Origin: Mytilus trossulus
Taxonomy: Eukaryota
DNA: 64,000 bases
Reading direction: 5' to 3'
Assembly (NCBI RefSeq): GCF_036588685.1
Contig: NC_086383.1
Coordinates: 6,510,001 to 6,574,000 of the forward strand
Both the position numbers and the translations under genes were made by a program. Below the pieces are notes generated by a model. That model searched no databases and was not told the origin of the DNA. It worked only from the letters and a program-made list of their open reading frames with translations. Of the stretch, positions 50,880 through 64,000 are shown in pieces (within the stretch, counting starts at the first letter, position 1; each line of letters opens with the position of its first letter).

Positions 50880-50928
50880 AATGACGAGTTATTATGGAAC
50901 AGGTGCTTATATACTAGGGTCAAGGTCA
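50880..50928 (-). promoter_or_regulatory. Predicted DIRS core promoter (TATA at -31, Inr TCATT, adjacent DR0-like motif)
   Basis: TATATAAG 50913-50906; TCATT with A at 50882; GGGTCAAGGTCA at 50917-50928 (plus strand). Confidence 0.6.
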
Positions 50929-51028
50929 CTGGCTATCTATAGTCCGATGACTATAGTTCGTTTCTTTAAACAGAGATATTACATGTTAACTTCATCCCTC
51001 ATAGAGAAGTTAAGCTAATTCATTACTT
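50881..51028. repeat. DIRS 5' inverted terminal repeat
   Basis: Reverse complement of 45639-45786. Confidence 0.95.
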
Positions 51029-51145
51029 GAGACCGAAGGCGAAATATGAATAAGAATCGTAGTTTACATGTGGATCAATGTGAAAACATAATTGTCTCTA
51101 AGGGGGTATAATAGGTGTGAGTCTTGCGATCTAAAAACCATGATA

Positions 51146-51597
51146 TGGTCCGAGTACACAGTTATTTCGTAGTGCATTTCTTTTAGACAATAAATGTAAA
51201 TAAAAAAAATCCCACCTGCGCTTCCTCAATAACATGTTTACAGTATGTTGTACTACTTTTGGGACAAATTATATCAAATTTATAGAAAACTTCATCAGCT
51301 CTAACTCAAAATATGGACAATTTTGTGTTAAGGGGGTCATGAAATCTTTTGACAGCTTCCGAAGTGCTAATTTTTGACCTTTTTCAGCTGAACCTAATCA
51401 CTACTTTACCTTAATATTTATGACCCAAATTTTTTTACAGTGTCATTTCACCCCCAACTTGCTATATGAGGCATAAAACATGAAGAATTAAATTTGGAAG
51501 GGGTATAACAAAAATTGGCAAGTAACACACTGTCCACATTAAGGACTATATTTGTGGACAACGAAAATCAAAGGACGATAACTCTGTACTCGGACCA
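51146..51597. mobile_element. MITE / non-autonomous DNA transposon with TIRs and TA flanks
   Basis: TA|TGGTCCGAGTACACAGTTAT ... ATAACTCTGTACTCGGACCA|TA. Confidence 0.85.
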
Positions 51598-53885
51598 TAT
51601 GGAGAACGCTCTGATTGGCTTATTTATTTTTCATGTTTAGTTATCTAGCATACGATTGGTTGTTCTTGTGCATGTTTAAAACCGGTCTTTTCTTTGAATA
51701 AAAGTCAGTCTGAATACGGAAACAATATCCGGACAACTGTGTTGTCGTTTTTCTCCCAAAAAAACTGAATCGGAATTTTCATTAGAATGGAGAACACATC
51801 GACTTGATGATTAATTTATTATGGAAGGAAGAGAAGCGACATACAACTTAAGGTTTCCTCGTTTAATAGTAAAGATACCCACTCACTTTGTTTTTTTACC
51901 AACTTCTGGAGTAGTTGGTTAATTGATTCATTGTGATTTCTATATTCATCAACCGACAATTTGATATGTTTAAGTGAAGATTATTATTCATTCCCGTAAT
52001 TGTTCTCAGATCTGTAATTGTAATGAAACAGTTAACCTTTCCATTTGAATTTTTGTTGAAAGATAACATGAAATTAACACTAGTACAGATTCTTGAAGAT
52101 TTCAAATTTGAAGAATTTTCCTTTAGAAAATTTCAAAGGACATCCAATCAATTAATAGTATTGCAATTATATTCTCCCCCTTCACTCATTATACAAGTTT
52201 GGAAAAAAAAAGATATGATTTGAATATTATAATGTATTTTAATGAACTATTTTGGGCTTTTTGCGGTTTATCTTTGATATTTTTGTATTATTTTTGTCAA
52301 TGTAACCCCCTTCTTCTGGATATTATATCCGACATGACGAGTTATGTGATATTGCAGCTAATTAACAACATACATGTATCACTACGTTCAAGTTGTATTT
52401 GTGTTGTTTTTGAAGAATTTGCTGATCGTATAATATCATTGAATGATAAAGACACGTTAATGTTACACTATTGACTAACGTTAGTACAGTTAGTTGCGAA
52501 ATAAAACCAGCATACAAACTTATATTTGTATTTTGGTATGTAAAAGAGGGACAAAAGATACCAAAGGGAGAGTCAAACTCATAAATCTAAAGCAAACTGA
52601 CAACGCCAAGGCTACAAATGAAAACGACACACAGAAAACCCATAGCACACATGACACACCATAGAAAACTACAGAATAAACAACACGAACCCCACCAGAA
52701 ACTAGGGGTGATTTAGGGATGAGGTGAACAAAACTGATTTTAGAAAGGAGAATCACAATCAATGAAACTCATCAGTGATAAATAACTGACAATCTGTCAT
52801 GCTAATAAATTGTATGTATTATTGACATAAGACCTTAACCAACGTAGCATAAAATTCAAAAGTATAAAATTAATATGTCTCATGCACAGTTCTGTTGTGT
52901 GTGCTTGTCTTAATACACTCCGAGAAAGGTCTTAATTATCACATTCCACATTTAAATTGTGGACAATTTCAGGACAACATTGACTGTCTTCCGTCAACTC
53001 ATAAACACAACATTATACTTGGCTGACGTAAAGCAATTCCTGATAAGTCTCCTATTTAGGAACAGGCATATGAAAATATGGAGTTTTTTTTGGTCCTATG
53101 TTTGTATAGCATTTGCAAATAGTTCATCTTTTATTTATTCGATCAACAGCTAGGAACATGTATTGTTGGAACGTGCTTTTTGTTCTGTAAAATGAGAACC
53201 GTCATTGTTATTGATACATGTATCTATAGGATCCATTTCAGTAAATGAACAATGAAAAAAAACGCGGTTTGTGAAACAGCTGTATTTACACAAAGCAACC
53301 TATGAATAGATATATTATTCTTGATAAAATACTTGGATAAATAACTTTAAATAGTTTATGGATGTTTAACTTTCTTATACATACTAATTTCGCGGATACG
53401 GTGAGTTGTGTTATGACCGCTAATGAGGATACCATCAATTCAAGCATACCTATATCTACAAAATCTAAACGAATTAAAGCTCAATCGAAGAATGATATTG
53501 ATAGAAAAATAAAGAAGGCTGTTAATGCACATACGAGATATAGGTATGGAAAATCCGTTTTAAAACCCGCTTGTACTCCCACAAATCCCAAGAAATAAAT
53601 GCTTAATAATCAGATCTTTAAGATTTCATACACGGACGAATAGCTTAAGTGTATAATAGTGTACGTAATGTCCTTATTTCACAATTGTTCTTATTAGAAA
53701 GGTTTAATAGCTGGTATGTCGAATGTTCCAAACTATGTTTGTGATTATGTACCCAAAAACATACAAGATAAATGACTCATTCAATAGTTTTACTTTCTTC
53801 AATATGTTTCTAGAATTGACATTTGAAAATAAACTCATCATAGATAGCAGGATCAGTATTTTATAGTTACGACTGTTAATCAATT

Positions 53886-54097
53886 CCTGAGGTAGTAAAG
53901 CCTTAATTTTTTTTAAATTCAAACAGCTAATATATAAATATGAACATATCAATGATAACTCAAGTCAATACAGAGGTGTTGACTACTGGGCTGGTGATAC
54001 CCTCGGGGAAATAAATCTTCACAAGCATAGACATCGACCCAGTAGTTGCAAATGAATTCTTAATAAATACCAGGCTCAATATTTTATATTTACGCCA
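53886..54097 (-). repeat. Retrozyme fragment beginning at the hammerhead cleavage site
   Basis: Minus strand starts TGGCGTA, contains ccccgagggtatcaccagcccagtag shared with the 351-bp unit, and continues into sequence shared with 44462-44560. Confidence 0.75.
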
Positions 54098-56459
54098 TTA
54101 TTCATTTTTCATCATTTATATTTAAAAACAGACCAATTGATATACATAAATGCGTACATATGTGACAAATGTGTGATACGTACATATATACAAATCAAAC
54201 ACATTACTAATTAGTGACAAACGTTACATTTTTGAGATTTTGTCTAACATATTAATTAGGAAAACTGCTTACACCGACACTATATAATATTTTATGATGG
54301 CCACTTTGGTTGACCGTTGCGATATATTTTCGCACACAGATCTTACTATGCAATACAAGATAGGCAACATATAGGAAAGGGATTTTCAAACTCTTAATGA
54401 ATATGTGCATAGCTTGATTGTATTTTATGAGTGATGTTCTTTGAATTTTACATTAGTACATCATTTCCAGAAACATGTAGGTTTGTATGTTGTCCATTGT
54501 ATATGTTTCAAACTGCGGAGGATGAATTGGTAATATCATATTAATTTTGAATATCAGTATTTATTATGAAACATATGTGTTAACTAACTTTGATTATTCT
54601 CTTGAAATATAGCTAAATTACATTATACTTAACCTATTTACACTAGTAGAACTAATAAATTCAGTTTGATACGTTGTGTTATAATTTCAAACTGTATATA
54701 TCAATCCTAAGTATTCTTGTAAAAACGAATTAAAACTAATTTTCCTACCTCCAAATACGGGATAAATTAGCTCCCACTGCTTTATTCTAATCAGTAGATG
54801 ATGTGTTTTCCTAGGGCAGTAATTCTTTCATTGTCATGAATAATTATTATCAAATCACATTCTTTTCACTTTTTATTACAAATTCAATTATACACTATGT
54901 CTATTTCTAAATATATTATTCTAATATTTCATATTGACGAAGGGCACACAAAAATAAGGCTTAATAGTTAACAAAATGAAAATGTTTCAAAATATGTTAA
55001 GTTTGCTCTAGTATTTCAGTTTTTTTGTTATCTTTATGAAGCATTACCGTTTTGTCTTGTGTCGATTATAATTTTTTTTTTATTTACAAGGCACAACTTG
55101 GTTTTCTTTTGTGGGAATATCAAGACATGTTTAGCATGCTCACAGTCACGCAACTTTCCGATGAACTGAAACAGTGGAGACAAAGTACAACATTAAGCTT
55201 AATGTTTAAAACACGACGATTAGTGTTCACTGAACATATTTATACAACTGAGAAAAGTACAAAGTACGTATGTAATTATATTTTGATTATTGATATATAT
55301 AGATTCTACCACTGCATAGAGTGTGATATGATATTTATTCACTCGAGACAGTTTAATTTTCAAATATTTAAAATTTAAGAGTGGATACATATCGTATTAC
55401 ACGAGATTTGGTGGTGAAATATGTCTCTCTAATGATTTTCTAACATTATGCAGGCCAACCTATTCTTTCTTGTCGAATAATCTACAAAAAGATGTGTTCC
55501 TTTTATGTGACGTCATCAGGCATGGTCGTCTTTTTTCATGCCGTCACAGAAGGAATTTCAGAGGAAAGCAAGAAATTTGACGTCATAATCGGATTTAAAC
55601 CGATGAAGTACTGACATAAAACGAACCACACGTTTTTTTTATACAATGGGTACAGAAAGGGATAAGTTGACGAGAAATTAGAGAAACTAATATTTATAAT
55701 ATGTTTGCCTGACAAATATTAACTTGGTTTGATAACTGATTCACCTTTTATTTTCCGAAATGGCTAGGAGGAAATGTTGAACTAAAAGTATTTCATCCAT
55801 ACATAAGTGATTTATACAAATATGAATATGGAAATTCCTACATCCTACATACAATATATAAACTGTGATTAAATAAAAAAAAGTAGATTTCAGTTTTAAA
55901 TTCCCTTTCGATATTTTCATTTACAAAAAAAAAAGGAAAACAAGATAACTTGAAAACAAAGCAACTTGGTACTCGGAGAAAGAGTAAGGTGGGTATTTTT
56001 CCATCAATCTACTGAATCCAATATTATAAAAAAAAATTAAAAAAAGATATTTGTCTGCAGCATTATATATTATGTTGTTATTTAGAGCATATGCCACATA
56101 AATCACCAGATATACTTTAAGAGGTTAAATGACTGTCTGGTACAATCTACATTTGTATTGTATAAGCTGGTTGTATCGATTTCCATTATGAGATAATGTT
56201 GATATGAACGCGACACTTGTCATCATACAGTGACTTTAGGTGGTGTTCATATAATAAATCATTTAATAATTCTCAACCAGTTTCAATTCATATAAAAATC
56301 CCACAAAGAGTCGTCTAAATTTTTGTTCATTCACATTCGTCGACTTTCAATCAAACCATTGTGACTAATTTTATCATAATGAGGCAGAAGTATGCACTTA
56401 TGTTTTTTTCGGATCACATCACTCTCTCAAATCAATTTAATAAAAACAAAACCTGAAGA

Positions 56460-59400
56460 ACAATACGTAAAAGGCTATAGATTCTAGTAATTGAGGCCAA
56501 TAACGTTAAAACATATGTAACACTCAGATCAATGACCAACAAGACGTTTGACGTATCTTATGAGGAAATGAAGAAATGAGTTAAACAATATACCAACATT
56601 TGTATATGTTATCTGCCACCGCGTAAAGCAACTTCGTTTTACTGAATGTTGGATTGCGTTTCAAGTGAAATTTCACATGTCGTTTGGAGGTATATACTGA
56701 TTTTTTATTTATATTCTGTATGATCCATGATGAAACTGCAACATCTTTTAGTCAAGTTCCTTATCAGAGGATCTGACATCAATAGTTCAAATCTCACCAT
56801 TTGTTTTTTATAACGCTTTAATTTCAACAAATGAATAACAAAGTATGTTTTCAAATGTTAACAGTACATCTTTAGTAGGGATTTAATTTGATATGCGATG
56901 AAATTATTGACAGGACAGGTAAAACTTGTATTTTTGTTGGTTTTACAATTACATATACTGTATGCGTACTAATATCACGAAAAAAAAATTCCGTGTGAAA
57001 TGAATAAACATCTAATGGTGTATGTTTCTTAAAATCATTCTGCATTGTTAAGGTTGTTTGAGTATTAAACGATAAACTACCGAGTGCTGCTTTAACCGTT
57101 TGGTTATCAGTATAACTGTTGTTCATTGGCCACGATCGAAAACTGATAAAGTTTTGTAATTGAAAATCATACCACATCTGTTTTGTAAATACTATTATTG
57201 GCTTTCTCTGTCTGAGCTTGTCCAACTACGGTTATAATTCGTGCTATTCTGTTTGATCTTTAACTCACTTTGTACATTCAAACTACTATTTCTCATATAC
57301 ATCTGTAAACGTGGTATTATCGTGTACCCTATTCCATATTTCAGGAATACTTAGTACATTTGTATAAATCATTTGAAAATAGTTTTCTTTATCAGAATAA
57401 ACAACACATCGTGAATCCAATTCGACTGGTTTTATTCACTAAATATATGACAATAAGTGCTACTGCACATTATGGTATTATGTGACATATTGTCTGATTA
57501 ATGAGGAAAAAGACTCTTCTTAAGTATTTGTTTAATAAGGATATAACAATATGTTTCCAAATATAGTTTTTAATTGTCATCAGAAATGTGTAATATTTGT
57601 CTTTTGAAATTATAAAGATACTATATTACAACATGTATAAAGAATAAAAGGATAAAGTCAAGTAACTGTTTATAGTCAAAATAACGTAAATGTTTTTAAC
57701 AATGGATGTAAACTAATTAACAACAAATTACAAAATGTTAATACGAACATACTTGTGGGTGACAAACCAACTACAAAACAATATGATTGACTTGAATAAA
57801 CGAGCAAAAAATACAGGAATACAGTCTCCTCAATTTGGTAAATTTGACAAAGTGAATAATAAATTCTTGAAAAATAGCTTGATGGAATTGTTAAAATACC
57901 ACATGCTAAAACGACTGTTCTGATTCAGTGTGCTGGAATATTCAATCCTTGAATTAAACAACAATATCCAAAAAAAATCCTTTCTTTAGATAATTTGTTT
58001 TCCTCTTTTATCTGTTGATAACATTCCAGTGCTATGTCGTTGCCTGACATTCGGTTGAAGAGTATATGGTATCACTGCCGATGAGTATTATAAATGATCG
58101 TGTCAAATGGTCAGAGAATAATTGAGAAAAAATCGTAAATCTTTAAAAAAACATCTTTTATCGAGTTATGTAATGCCTGGTGGTACTGTTTGCCTAATTC
58201 ATTTTACTAATCCTGTAAAAAAATTACAAAAAAGTGTCTGTGAGCTAAAGTAATACAAGGCATTGTCATTGTTATAGAGCACTCTATTTTACTTATGACT
58301 TACAACAACTACATTCTATTTCAAAAAGGGACAAATATGAGAGGGATTAACAATGTGTTAATTTTTGTTTTGCAATTTTACATCTTACACAATAGGTTAA
58401 GTCGTATTTTTTTTCTATCAAATATAACACGAGAAAAGAACATAAAAAACCCACATGCTTCAAAAGTACAAAAGACTATGAATTCAACTAGTTAAAACTA
58501 ATAACGTTAAAACATATGTAATTCTCAGATGAAGGATCCACAAGACGCATGACGTCTCTAATGAACAAAAGAGTCAATCAATTTGAAATACGTATTCTGC
58601 TTTCGCTTTTAATTTTTTCTGTTAAATTGAATGGTGCATAAATTATATGAGCTCTGATATTGCTCTATGTATACCAACAGATTCCGTTCCAGCTAAAATG
58701 TGTAATATATAGACTAAATTGGCAGAGTCTTTGTATTGATATGATTCTTGTTACATCTTCCTGTCGAAGCTATTTTTGTTTTGTTTGTTCTGATAAAAGT
58801 AAATCAGAGTTAAGGTAAATTATGCCTTTTGAAATTTAATGTCGACATCTTTTACGTCATGTCTACATCATAATTTGTTTGATGTGTGTGAACTTTTGAT
58901 TTTGCTTTTGATAAGGGCCTTTACTTTAAAAACTTTCTTCGGAGTTCAGCATCTTTCGTAATTTTACTTTTGATTTATTTTCTTCCAATTACCGTTAAAG
59001 GGTCATATATGAAAGTCTCTATCAATAAAATAGCAATGAAACCAATTAAGAGATATTTGCATTGTATTTGAAACTTTGAGGACGTACATCAATAGCTTAA
59101 CTGTCTCACATTTAGTTTACCTGGCGACCCGTAACTGAGATAGCAAAACTATAACAGGGCACCCACAAAGCTTCAACTGCAATACATTTATATCTATTAT
59201 AATGCAAAACAAGTACATAATTCAATTTCAGTGAAAAATGTGAATTTACCAAAATTCCGTGAAAAAAGATGTTATCTTCTTTGGCCCAAAACTACGTGAC
59301 GTCATAGGTATGTTTTCGACATCACACGTAATCAACTAGCGTGTTCTGTTTCCTTGACCGCCTTATAATGTAAATATAATTTGATAAAAGAAAATGCTAG

Positions 59401-61150
59401 ATGCTAATAGTGAGGCTTTTGTTTTGCTTATAATTGTATAAAATACATGTTAATACATTCTGCAATTTAAAATGTCGGGGTCCTAAGTTATAAACAAGGA
59501 GAAAGAGAGTTTTACGCTTACTATGATGTAATGAAACGGAGATAAAAGACATCACATAAGCAATCGTGTGTATTATAGGAAGGGATTATTGATTATATAA
59601 TATGAATGGAATTACATTCAAAGAAAGTTATCAGGACACAAATGTCTAACATAGGCTATTGAAGTTTATCGTTTTTTTTCAATCTGAAATATCGAATAAA
59701 GATTAAATTAAATAAATAAACAAACTTTGCGGCTAGCCTTAGCTCCAAAAAGGAGCGACACTGGATTCTTCATTACAAGTTGTGCAACTTTTATGCTTCT
59801 TTTGATATGCACAATGGTGATCTAATTAACTTCATACCTTAAACATGTTTAAGAAGAAGTGGTTTATTTATAAAATAATCTCACTTTAATGTAATGCACG
59901 TTGGAGGTTTTATTATGATATCATGAAATATAAGTCGAGGGCCAATTAAATCATTAGAGCGCTAGCATGCATGCCAAGTCATTTGTACTTATAGCATTGG
60001 TGATTGCAAACAATAAAATCTAAAAAGGTTGGATACCTAATTAGAACAAATATGACGTCTGATTTTTTTTAAGTGGTTTGTTAGATAACGTCGTTCCCAA
60101 AGATGTGTGTAATACATGTACTGTAACGTGTTGTATGCATTTGTCAAACAACTTTAGTCTTATCATTATATTCCAAAAAAAAAATCGGCCTAACATTGTT
60201 TAACAGATAATTAATTACACTCAAAATAGTTTTTTTTAGATATCCCAAATCTCGAAAGCAAATTTCGTTTACCACGTCAGTTCTCATTAAAAAAAAGGTT
60301 GTTACATAAGTATGCTTATTTATGTCCCCAACCCTTAATACAAAATGGGTCTACCATATAAACATAGTTCTCTTAAACGAAAACTTCATTCTGTTTATCA
60401 TATTACACATGATAAAATGCAAGTTAAAAATTGAAAATAGTTCACTGTCATTAAGAAAATTAATAGATTGGAAAGTACAACACTTGAATTGGAATAAGAG
60501 AAATAATCAAATCATTATTAATCGTAGCAAATTAAAATAAAAGCCATCATTGTTTTTAAATTCATATAATTATATTTTGACGTCCAATGTGTATTTATTT
60601 AAATGCACTTTATGGGTCTTATCTTTATGCAACGTGCATCAGTCATAACTATTATGACACTTCCATTTATATGGTTTTGAATGTGACGTAAAGTATAGTA
60701 TTGCGTTTTTAATTAAAATATTCAGGTTGACATCATTTCTATCTAATGGCATATGATTCTGCTGTGCTGCTAAAGTATAGACCGCAGTCACAGCCTTTTA
60801 GTATTAATGAAATACGTACGAACAAGATAAACAATTAGTGATAGAGTTTAAACGTTTCATTATAATAGTAATCATTTGCAATTGATTATACAGCAATTGA
60901 TTAGTCACACTGTGCTAATGGACCGTATTCTGTACTGTATACAGACAGCTATATGTCTGTTGTTGTTAATGGCGTTGGGTTGCATGACAATAAAGTGCAG
61001 AGTATATCGTATTACTACCAACGTGTAATCTCACAGGTCGTGTTTTATGGTAGGAGAATAAGTGAGAACAAGTCATAAATCTTTGAAATGAAACATTTTA
61101 TCGCAGCATATAATGCGAGGTGATTTTTTTTTAGGTCTAATGTATTTGAC
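56460..61150 (+). repeat. Ancient diverged duplicate of blocks in ~30700-39500
   Basis: Colinear matches, e.g. 35440-36700 vs 57910-59130, ggatacctaa...tatgacgtc at ~37944 vs ~60031, tatgcaacgtgcatc at ~39177 vs ~60626. Boundaries approximate. Confidence 0.7.
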
Positions 61151-61197
61151 TAATCTCTAACACTAATGCAATCGAGTGTCTGCTAAATATACTAATA

Positions 61198-61837
61198 AAT
61201 AACATTGTCATGGCATGTTTCATATCGCAGGGCTCGAGGTCTGAACTTGACCGAGGGCTGATAATACATGTGAAATGAACAATGACATGTTATGATCTTT
61301 TTATCATATACTTCAACAATGAAGAAAAAATAACTGATTCATATATCGATCCTTTGACGTGTATCCAAAATAGAATTTCAAAGAATGAAAAGCCCACTCA
61401 CCATGCTCACGTCGGGCCCCTAATTTAGTACATTCGATATGAAATCTTTTAATAATATACCTCAACAGAGTAGAAAAATATTTCAATATGGACGAATCGA
61501 CAAAATAAAATACTTCAACATTATACATAGTAGACACTGTTTGGAAAAGACAACTGTTTTTAAATTAACTTTCTAAATTATGTTTGAAACTATTAAAACA
61601 TGTATTTATTTAATAATCTGTTTGTTTTGTTTATTTATATTTTGTTTATTTTTTTTTTCTATTGCTTAACAGAATATTATTTCCAGTATTCAAATAATGT
61701 TTTATACACTTCTTTGATTTTTTTTCATAAAAAACGTAGCATAGAGGTGTATTTTCCGGAATATGCCGATCATCACCGAAATGCCACGAGTTAACGTTAC
61801 GAAAAGGCATGTGATAACAATGGAAGCATGTGATAAA
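61198..61837. mobile_element. Degenerate dumbbell-type non-coding element
   Basis: Left end ataacattgtcat pairs with internal atgacatgttat (~61282-61293); the nearby tttatcatatacttc pairs imperfectly with right end gaagcatgtgataaa. Confidence 0.45.
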
Positions 61838-62871
61838 CTTTTCAAATTAGCACGGTAAGCACCAATTCGAAAAATATGTAATTAAAATAATTCTAATGCT
61901 TTTATCATACAGTAAAATGCATATGTTATTTAGTATAAGTATATGATAAAAGAACTTATAGTCTTTGCATGATGCTGTTCGTTTCACTATGTGTTTTGAT
62001 GTTATTCCTAAACACCCAATAAAAGGACTTAAAAGGCAATGCAAACTATATTATTTATAAATGTTTCAATACCAAATACGCGACACTTTATATATGTCTG
62101 TATATGTATTGTTAATGTATGTACGTTGATATAAAAAAAATATGATTGCCAAGGACAAAACTCTTCATAAGAGACAATAATAACAAGAACTCTAGTGCAA
62201 GGGCTTGTCTGTCAACACAATCATTGTCACTTCTTTTTTCCAGATGATTTGATTGAATAGGATCGTTAGTGTTGTTGAAAGGTCTTTTATTCACGCATCT
62301 TTTCATTACTTAAGCTAGACAAGGCTAACAAAGATATTTGTATACTCATTGAATCCTCATTATTGTTGGAAGTTATATTTTGAACATTCGACATCTTTAC
62401 GGCAGGAGTGTCTCTGGCTCCAATGCAAGAGACGTATACACATTACATTATGGTATTTGTTTTACACAACAGTCGCAGAAATAAATTAAAAAGAAAGTAA
62501 CGCGAGTTAACACAACTATGTATGAGAATGAATTATTTGCAATTTCAAAATTTAATCTTCTTGAACCTATTGGGAAATTACTCTGATACAAAAATCTGAT
62601 AACAAATAAGTTCAATATACAAATTAATTGATAAGACTAAATGAGAATGGCATATAACTTTTTTTTTCTTTTTCTTTTCCGTGTCTTATCAACAACTATG
62701 ATTACTTTATAATGTACTTGTTTCACAATATTCCGTTGGTCTCAACATACAGTAGGCGTTAATTTTCAAACTAATCTTAATAGAAAGAGTTTCTAGCTTG
62801 TCGTTCAATAAATGACCAGCAAATCCACAGTAAGTCACATATATATCTTAATCGGTTAATTTACACATATA

Positions 62872-63856
62872 CACAAAGAAAAAAGTTAAGCACCCCCACG
62901 TTTTTTTCCGAAATGACAAATATTACAATAAAGGTCATATGAACTCGGAACAAATGGTGTCAACACAGTAATGCAGCCTGTTATGACATTACATTAACTT
63001 TAAGGAAAACACAAGAAAATGAAACCAAAAATTATATTTTTATGAATAAATTGTCACAAAGACCACAAGTCGAGTTTAAACACTAAAACATGTCCATTTT
63101 GAGTATGGGTCTTTTGAGTCCGTTTGCAAGATGCTTTTGTTATTTCACTCAGAAAACGTTCAACGTAAGTCTGTTAACAATATTCATAGTCCAATATCCA
63201 TTATCTGGTGAAACCACCACGTGATTTGATGCAGTCGTCATTCCTGCATCTCATCCATTAAAAGTTTTTGTCGGATTATCTTCTGTGAGTTTTGCCGCCA
63301 TTCCCGGTGCAATGCTGATTTCAAATGACGTAATTTTTTTACAGGTTGTTCGGCTGCCTGTACCCGACGGCCTAAAGTGTCCCAAATTTGCTCTATCGGA
63401 TTCAATTTCGGGCTCATTGCAGGCCATGGAAGAGCAGTAACTGTTTTTCGCGTTATTTGTTTCGATGTTTTTTTCGCACAAGCCTGCTGAATACAGAACA
63501 TTGGTAGCCCATTTGACGTCCAATAATATTCAGATAATCCTAATGACTGCATACCTATAAACAGCCACCTTTGAGCCTCAGAAGTTCGTCTTCGTACCAT
63601 GTTCACAGAGTATGAATAAAATATTCAAATCACCGGATTTCAATACTCAAATTTGAAGCGCGGGGAAAATGCATTTTGTAATTTGTATGGGGCTGCATGG
63701 TCCACGTGCATGATACATCGATATCTTAATGACTGGTCACACCTGTATGGTCTCATCTTGTTAAAATTAATATTAATATCCAATGTTTTTCTTCTTTTTT
63801 TTGGTAAAAGAATTTAATGCAATATATCAGGGTGTTGTTAATTTTTTTTCTTTGTG
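62872..63856 (-). mobile_element. Internally deleted Tc1/mariner transposon
   Basis: TA|CACAAAGAAAAAA...CACCC and GGGTG...TTTTTTCTTTGTG|TA TIRs; ORF 63238-63606 joins a transposase-like N-terminus to WPAMSPKLNPIEQIW (Tc1 SPDLNPIE motif with D to K). Confidence 0.9.
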
Positions 63857-64000
63857 TATATCTTTGGCTTAATTCATCTCTCAGGATTAAAAATTATTAG
63901 ATGACGATTTATGTCAGGTGCAGTAGTGAGATCAACCAACAAAAAAGATAAACCGAAAGAGTGGACTGCTTTAGAGTAAGGATCCTACTAAGAAACTTGG

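Larger units (their letters stand above)
45565..51057 (-). mobile_element. Full-length DIRS1-type tyrosine-recombinase retrotransposon (5493 bp)
   Basis: gag, RT-RH-MT and YR ORFs without stops; 148-bp ITRs; ICR complementary to both termini; AAT trinucleotide at both ends, no classical TSD. Confidence 0.97.

Overview
AT-rich, repeat-dense animal genomic DNA; the repeat families suggest a bivalve, probably Mytilus (inference). One host gene is supported: a minus-strand class A peptide-type GPCR (main exon 12072-13163, candidate first coding exon 40805-40867 across a ~27.6 kb intron). The window opens with a 3.8-copy array of a 351-bp unit (69-1393). Every unit carries an intact minimal type I hammerhead ribozyme, i.e. 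a non-LTR retrozyme array predicted to release 351-nt monomers/circRNAs. A sister hammerhead family is scattered as single copies: one with a possible target-site duplication, one starting exactly at the cleavage site, and one fused to a Penelope-like RT 3' end. An apparently intact, very young DIRS1-type tyrosine-recombinase retrotransposon lies at 45565-51057 (gag, RT/RNase H/methyltransferase, YR, ITRs, ICR). It contains an in-phase U_UUA_AAC -1 frameshift signal with a downstream hairpin, a five-copy covarying hairpin array in its leader, and a TATA/Inr promoter. Also present: small non-coding dumbbell elements with ICR-like topology, a truncated SGNH-hydrolase ORF at the junction of a 3.2-kb duplication, nested old local duplications, a tRNA-derived SINE, MITEs, a Helentron-type non-autonomous element and a deleted Tc1 element.
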